The notes under the pieces were generated by a model. That model saw only the letters and a program-made list of their open reading frames with translations, was not told the origin of the DNA and searched no databases. 63,028 nucleotides of DNA from Stylophora pistillata (lineage: Eukaryota). The position numbers were made by a program, and so were the translations under genes. How positions within the stretch are numbered: the first letter of the stretch is position 1; each line of letters opens with the position of its first letter. The stretch is from contig NW_019218224.1 in assembly GCF_002571385.2 (NCBI RefSeq), positions 73,414-136,441 on the forward strand, written 5' to 3'. Positions 50,638 to 63,028 of the stretch are shown piece after piece.

Positions 50638-52021
50638 CCTTCCTGTGATAAAGATGAAACACTCTCCTTTGAAGACAAACTTTCAGCGAATGAAACAGTG
50701 AAAGATCTGGACATTTTCCATTTGAATCGAATCACAAATGCATTGTTTGTTTCCTCACCTTGAAGGCTAAAATCCTTGTAAACAAATATTCAAAGCAATA
50801 ACTCTAATAACCTCTCAAAGCTGATTATTTTTCTTCTGTCAAACGCGCAATACGTCTCCTCTCTGCAGACATTGGATTTCGACTGGATATCTACAGTTTT
50901 CCTTTATGACGAAAACATTTTTGTATATGACGTTTTTTCGAATGTCGCGCGCATCAATTTTGCGCGCGCGCTCGGACAACAAATCGACAACTGGGAAAGT
51001 AGGTAAAATAAAAATAAACCCTGCGAGGAGAACCCTTATTTTTTTTATGTGTATCCAGACCTTGATGCTTTTAAAACATTGAAAACTGTCAGTTACGTCT
51101 TGTTTCTGGCTTACAGCATTCTTGTGGAAGTGAGAAAAGGTGCTAGAAAGATGCCTTCGAAAATCGAGAGGGAACTGTGGAACAGCTAAGAGTCTACTTG
51201 ACCGAGGAAAATACTAGGTATACTCCAGAGTAAAAACAGTATATAGTGTGTTACAAATTGGATTTAAATAGACGTTAACAAACTTAACAACTTCGTTAAA
51301 AGTACACTTTAGGACGTAATAAAAACTAACGAAGTCTTCGAAAAACTTAACGTTCTTGTTAAAATTGAAGACTTTGTAAACTTTATTACGGCAGGATAAT
51401 AATATGATAATAACATGATAATAATAACAACGTAACCTCTACAGCGCTTATGCATTGCTGTTCCAAGCGTTTTATTCATTTTCAAAATTTAGAACTAGTA
51501 TCAAAATCTGACTTCTTGCAACCGTTTCTACTAGCCACCACTAAGACGCGTCATTAAAAAATTATTTATTACATGCATTTTGAAACCTTGGTGATCCTTG
51601 CAATCTGATAGGCTCTCATCGGTGTGATTTATTTACGAATCGCATCAAATTTCACCTGAATCGGACCAATCAGATTCAAAGGCTTGTTACGTCGTCGTTG
51701 GCCAACTAAACGTCTAACTTATCGAGGAAAAGAAGTCGTTAAATTAGAGACGTCATAAAACTTAATAACGTCATTAACATACTTAACGACATTGTTAGAA
51801 CTTCCGTTGCTGAACAGAGTTGGACAGAACGCACGGGAGAAGGAAGGAAGGAACAAAGCAGGAGAAAAAGGCTGGCCAGCGGTGCATATTCATAGGACTA
51901 AAAGTAAATATCTGGGCATGCACAAAACGTAGAACAAAGCAAATCACAAGACGTTTCAGGAAGTTAAATTTATTTTAAATGATTCCTACAGAGCTTGAGA
52001 TCATGTTGCAGTTTCGCTAGG

Positions 52022-61596
<9,575 letters not shown>

Positions 61597-62788
61597 TTTG
61601 ATCGCAGGTAATCGAAGGTCAGAGGTAAGGAGAGGGAAGGAGAAGTAAGAGAGAGACGAGGACGAGACGCTTGGGAGAATTTGACGCCCGAGAAATAGAA
61701 AGAAGGTATTCAGCGGACACGCATCAAGGGCTATAATTATTATGTAAGCGTCTCGGAAATTAAAAAGTGTTTCTTGCTCAAAATGTCAATGACCTGAGAA
61801 TGCTACCATGTGATTTCGGTCAAATTCTCCGGAAGATCCGCGCGCAGCGAAGTATTTAATGTCTGTCCAAAAATTGTAGATAACGAGCATGGGAGAATTT
61901 TGTCAATTGTTGCAAAGCAATAAAAAATTAAAAAATAAAAACCAAAACAAAGCAGACGAAAAGTAGTTCCCTGTTTCCAGTCTCGGTAAAGCCCAGTCAA
62001 GCTTCACAGTGTTCAGGTCTTATAATGTATTTCTATGCCCCTTGGTAAGGGATCCAGAATTAATGTAGTTTGGATGGTATGTTTTATAGACGAGAAGAAA
62101 AGAGGAATTATCCTTTCGTGTATCAGCAAATTAAGTTCTTTAATTGTCACTTCTGGTAAAAAGTGAACATCAAGTAAAAGAAATGCCTTCATTTTTTCAG
62201 CTTCAACTGAGATAAAAATGGGCGACAACTGGTGTATGATTTGGAGCTGACGGACAAGGAGCAACCCTCAAACTAGCTTGTGGGCGGCGTACTTCCTCCC
62301 CGTGGAATAAGCATTTTGACCTTGCCTTTTTTCTAATATCCCCATTTTCTTATCTTTTTTCTCTTCTTATTTCCTCTTCCCTTATTTTCTGAGCAGTTAT
62401 CTATTATAGTCAATGTGGTATTTTTTTCTGATACAGTATTGGTATGAGTCGATTGCTCTTTTTTTTTTTTTTGAGTTATCGGTTCACAAAGAAGTCTTCA
62501 CTGGCCGGTAAGGACGTAGCTTGGATTTTGGAGAAGGAAAGCGCAAAGCAACCTCGGCTGTTGTAATCGTTAAACACTCATTTTTCTTTTCAAATTAAAT
62601 AGTCTCCCCTTGCTTATTACTAATTCCTAATTTCTTACTGGCTCCATTATTTTAACCATGCATTCTAAACCCTGTGGTGTTTTCTGTAGCTCAGAAGTCT
62701 GTTGTGGTTTTGGAATTATGGTCCTTTCAAGCTCTTCATCCTTCGGCAATACAAGCTGATTTAAAGGATCTAGAGTATACTAAGTACG

Positions 62789-63028
62789 CAGAGGCGGATC
62801 CAGGAATTTTTGATTGGGGGGGTCCAAACTTTGGTTCAGAAAGGACTGTTGGACTCTTTGAGGCAAATTACTTCTCCCCCACACCCCCTCCCACCAGTCG
62901 CGGTTGCACGTTATAATTCCTTGGCCGCTTACCGTTTATTTGGATTCATTAAAAAAATCAGCCAGTTAAAAGTGATATACGATCCTGTCTCAAAGTTGTA
63001 AGCGTCAGGTTTGATAGGGGAGGGGGGG
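62789..63028. mobile_element. Left end of a hAT-like MITE, truncated by the window edge
   Basis: CAGAGGCGGATCCAGGAATTTT..GGGGGGG terminus. Confidence 0.5.

Overview
Eukaryotic, intron-rich, AT-rich DNA. The gene content and repeat families point to an anthozoan, most likely a scleractinian coral (inference from recalled repeat families, not a database hit). Hand-built exon chains, all on the minus strand, give: a secreted single-VWA protein (2560-3964); a 3'-incomplete neuron-navigator (NAV/UNC-53/Sickie)-like AAA+ protein with one 4.3-kb disordered coding exon (5345-21165); SCFD2 with 17 exons (30191-42740); a type I membrane protein with a PP1-docking RVxF motif (49157-50637); and adenosine kinase with two alternative first exons (52022-61596). 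The most notable element is a tandem pair of intronless four-transmembrane genes with connexin-like motifs. One is intact (44277-45197) and one is pseudogenised and split by a MITE (47132-48608). Connexins are normally regarded as chordate-specific. The window also holds tRNA-derived SINEs, a Harbinger remnant, LINE fragments, several MITE families and three assembly gaps.
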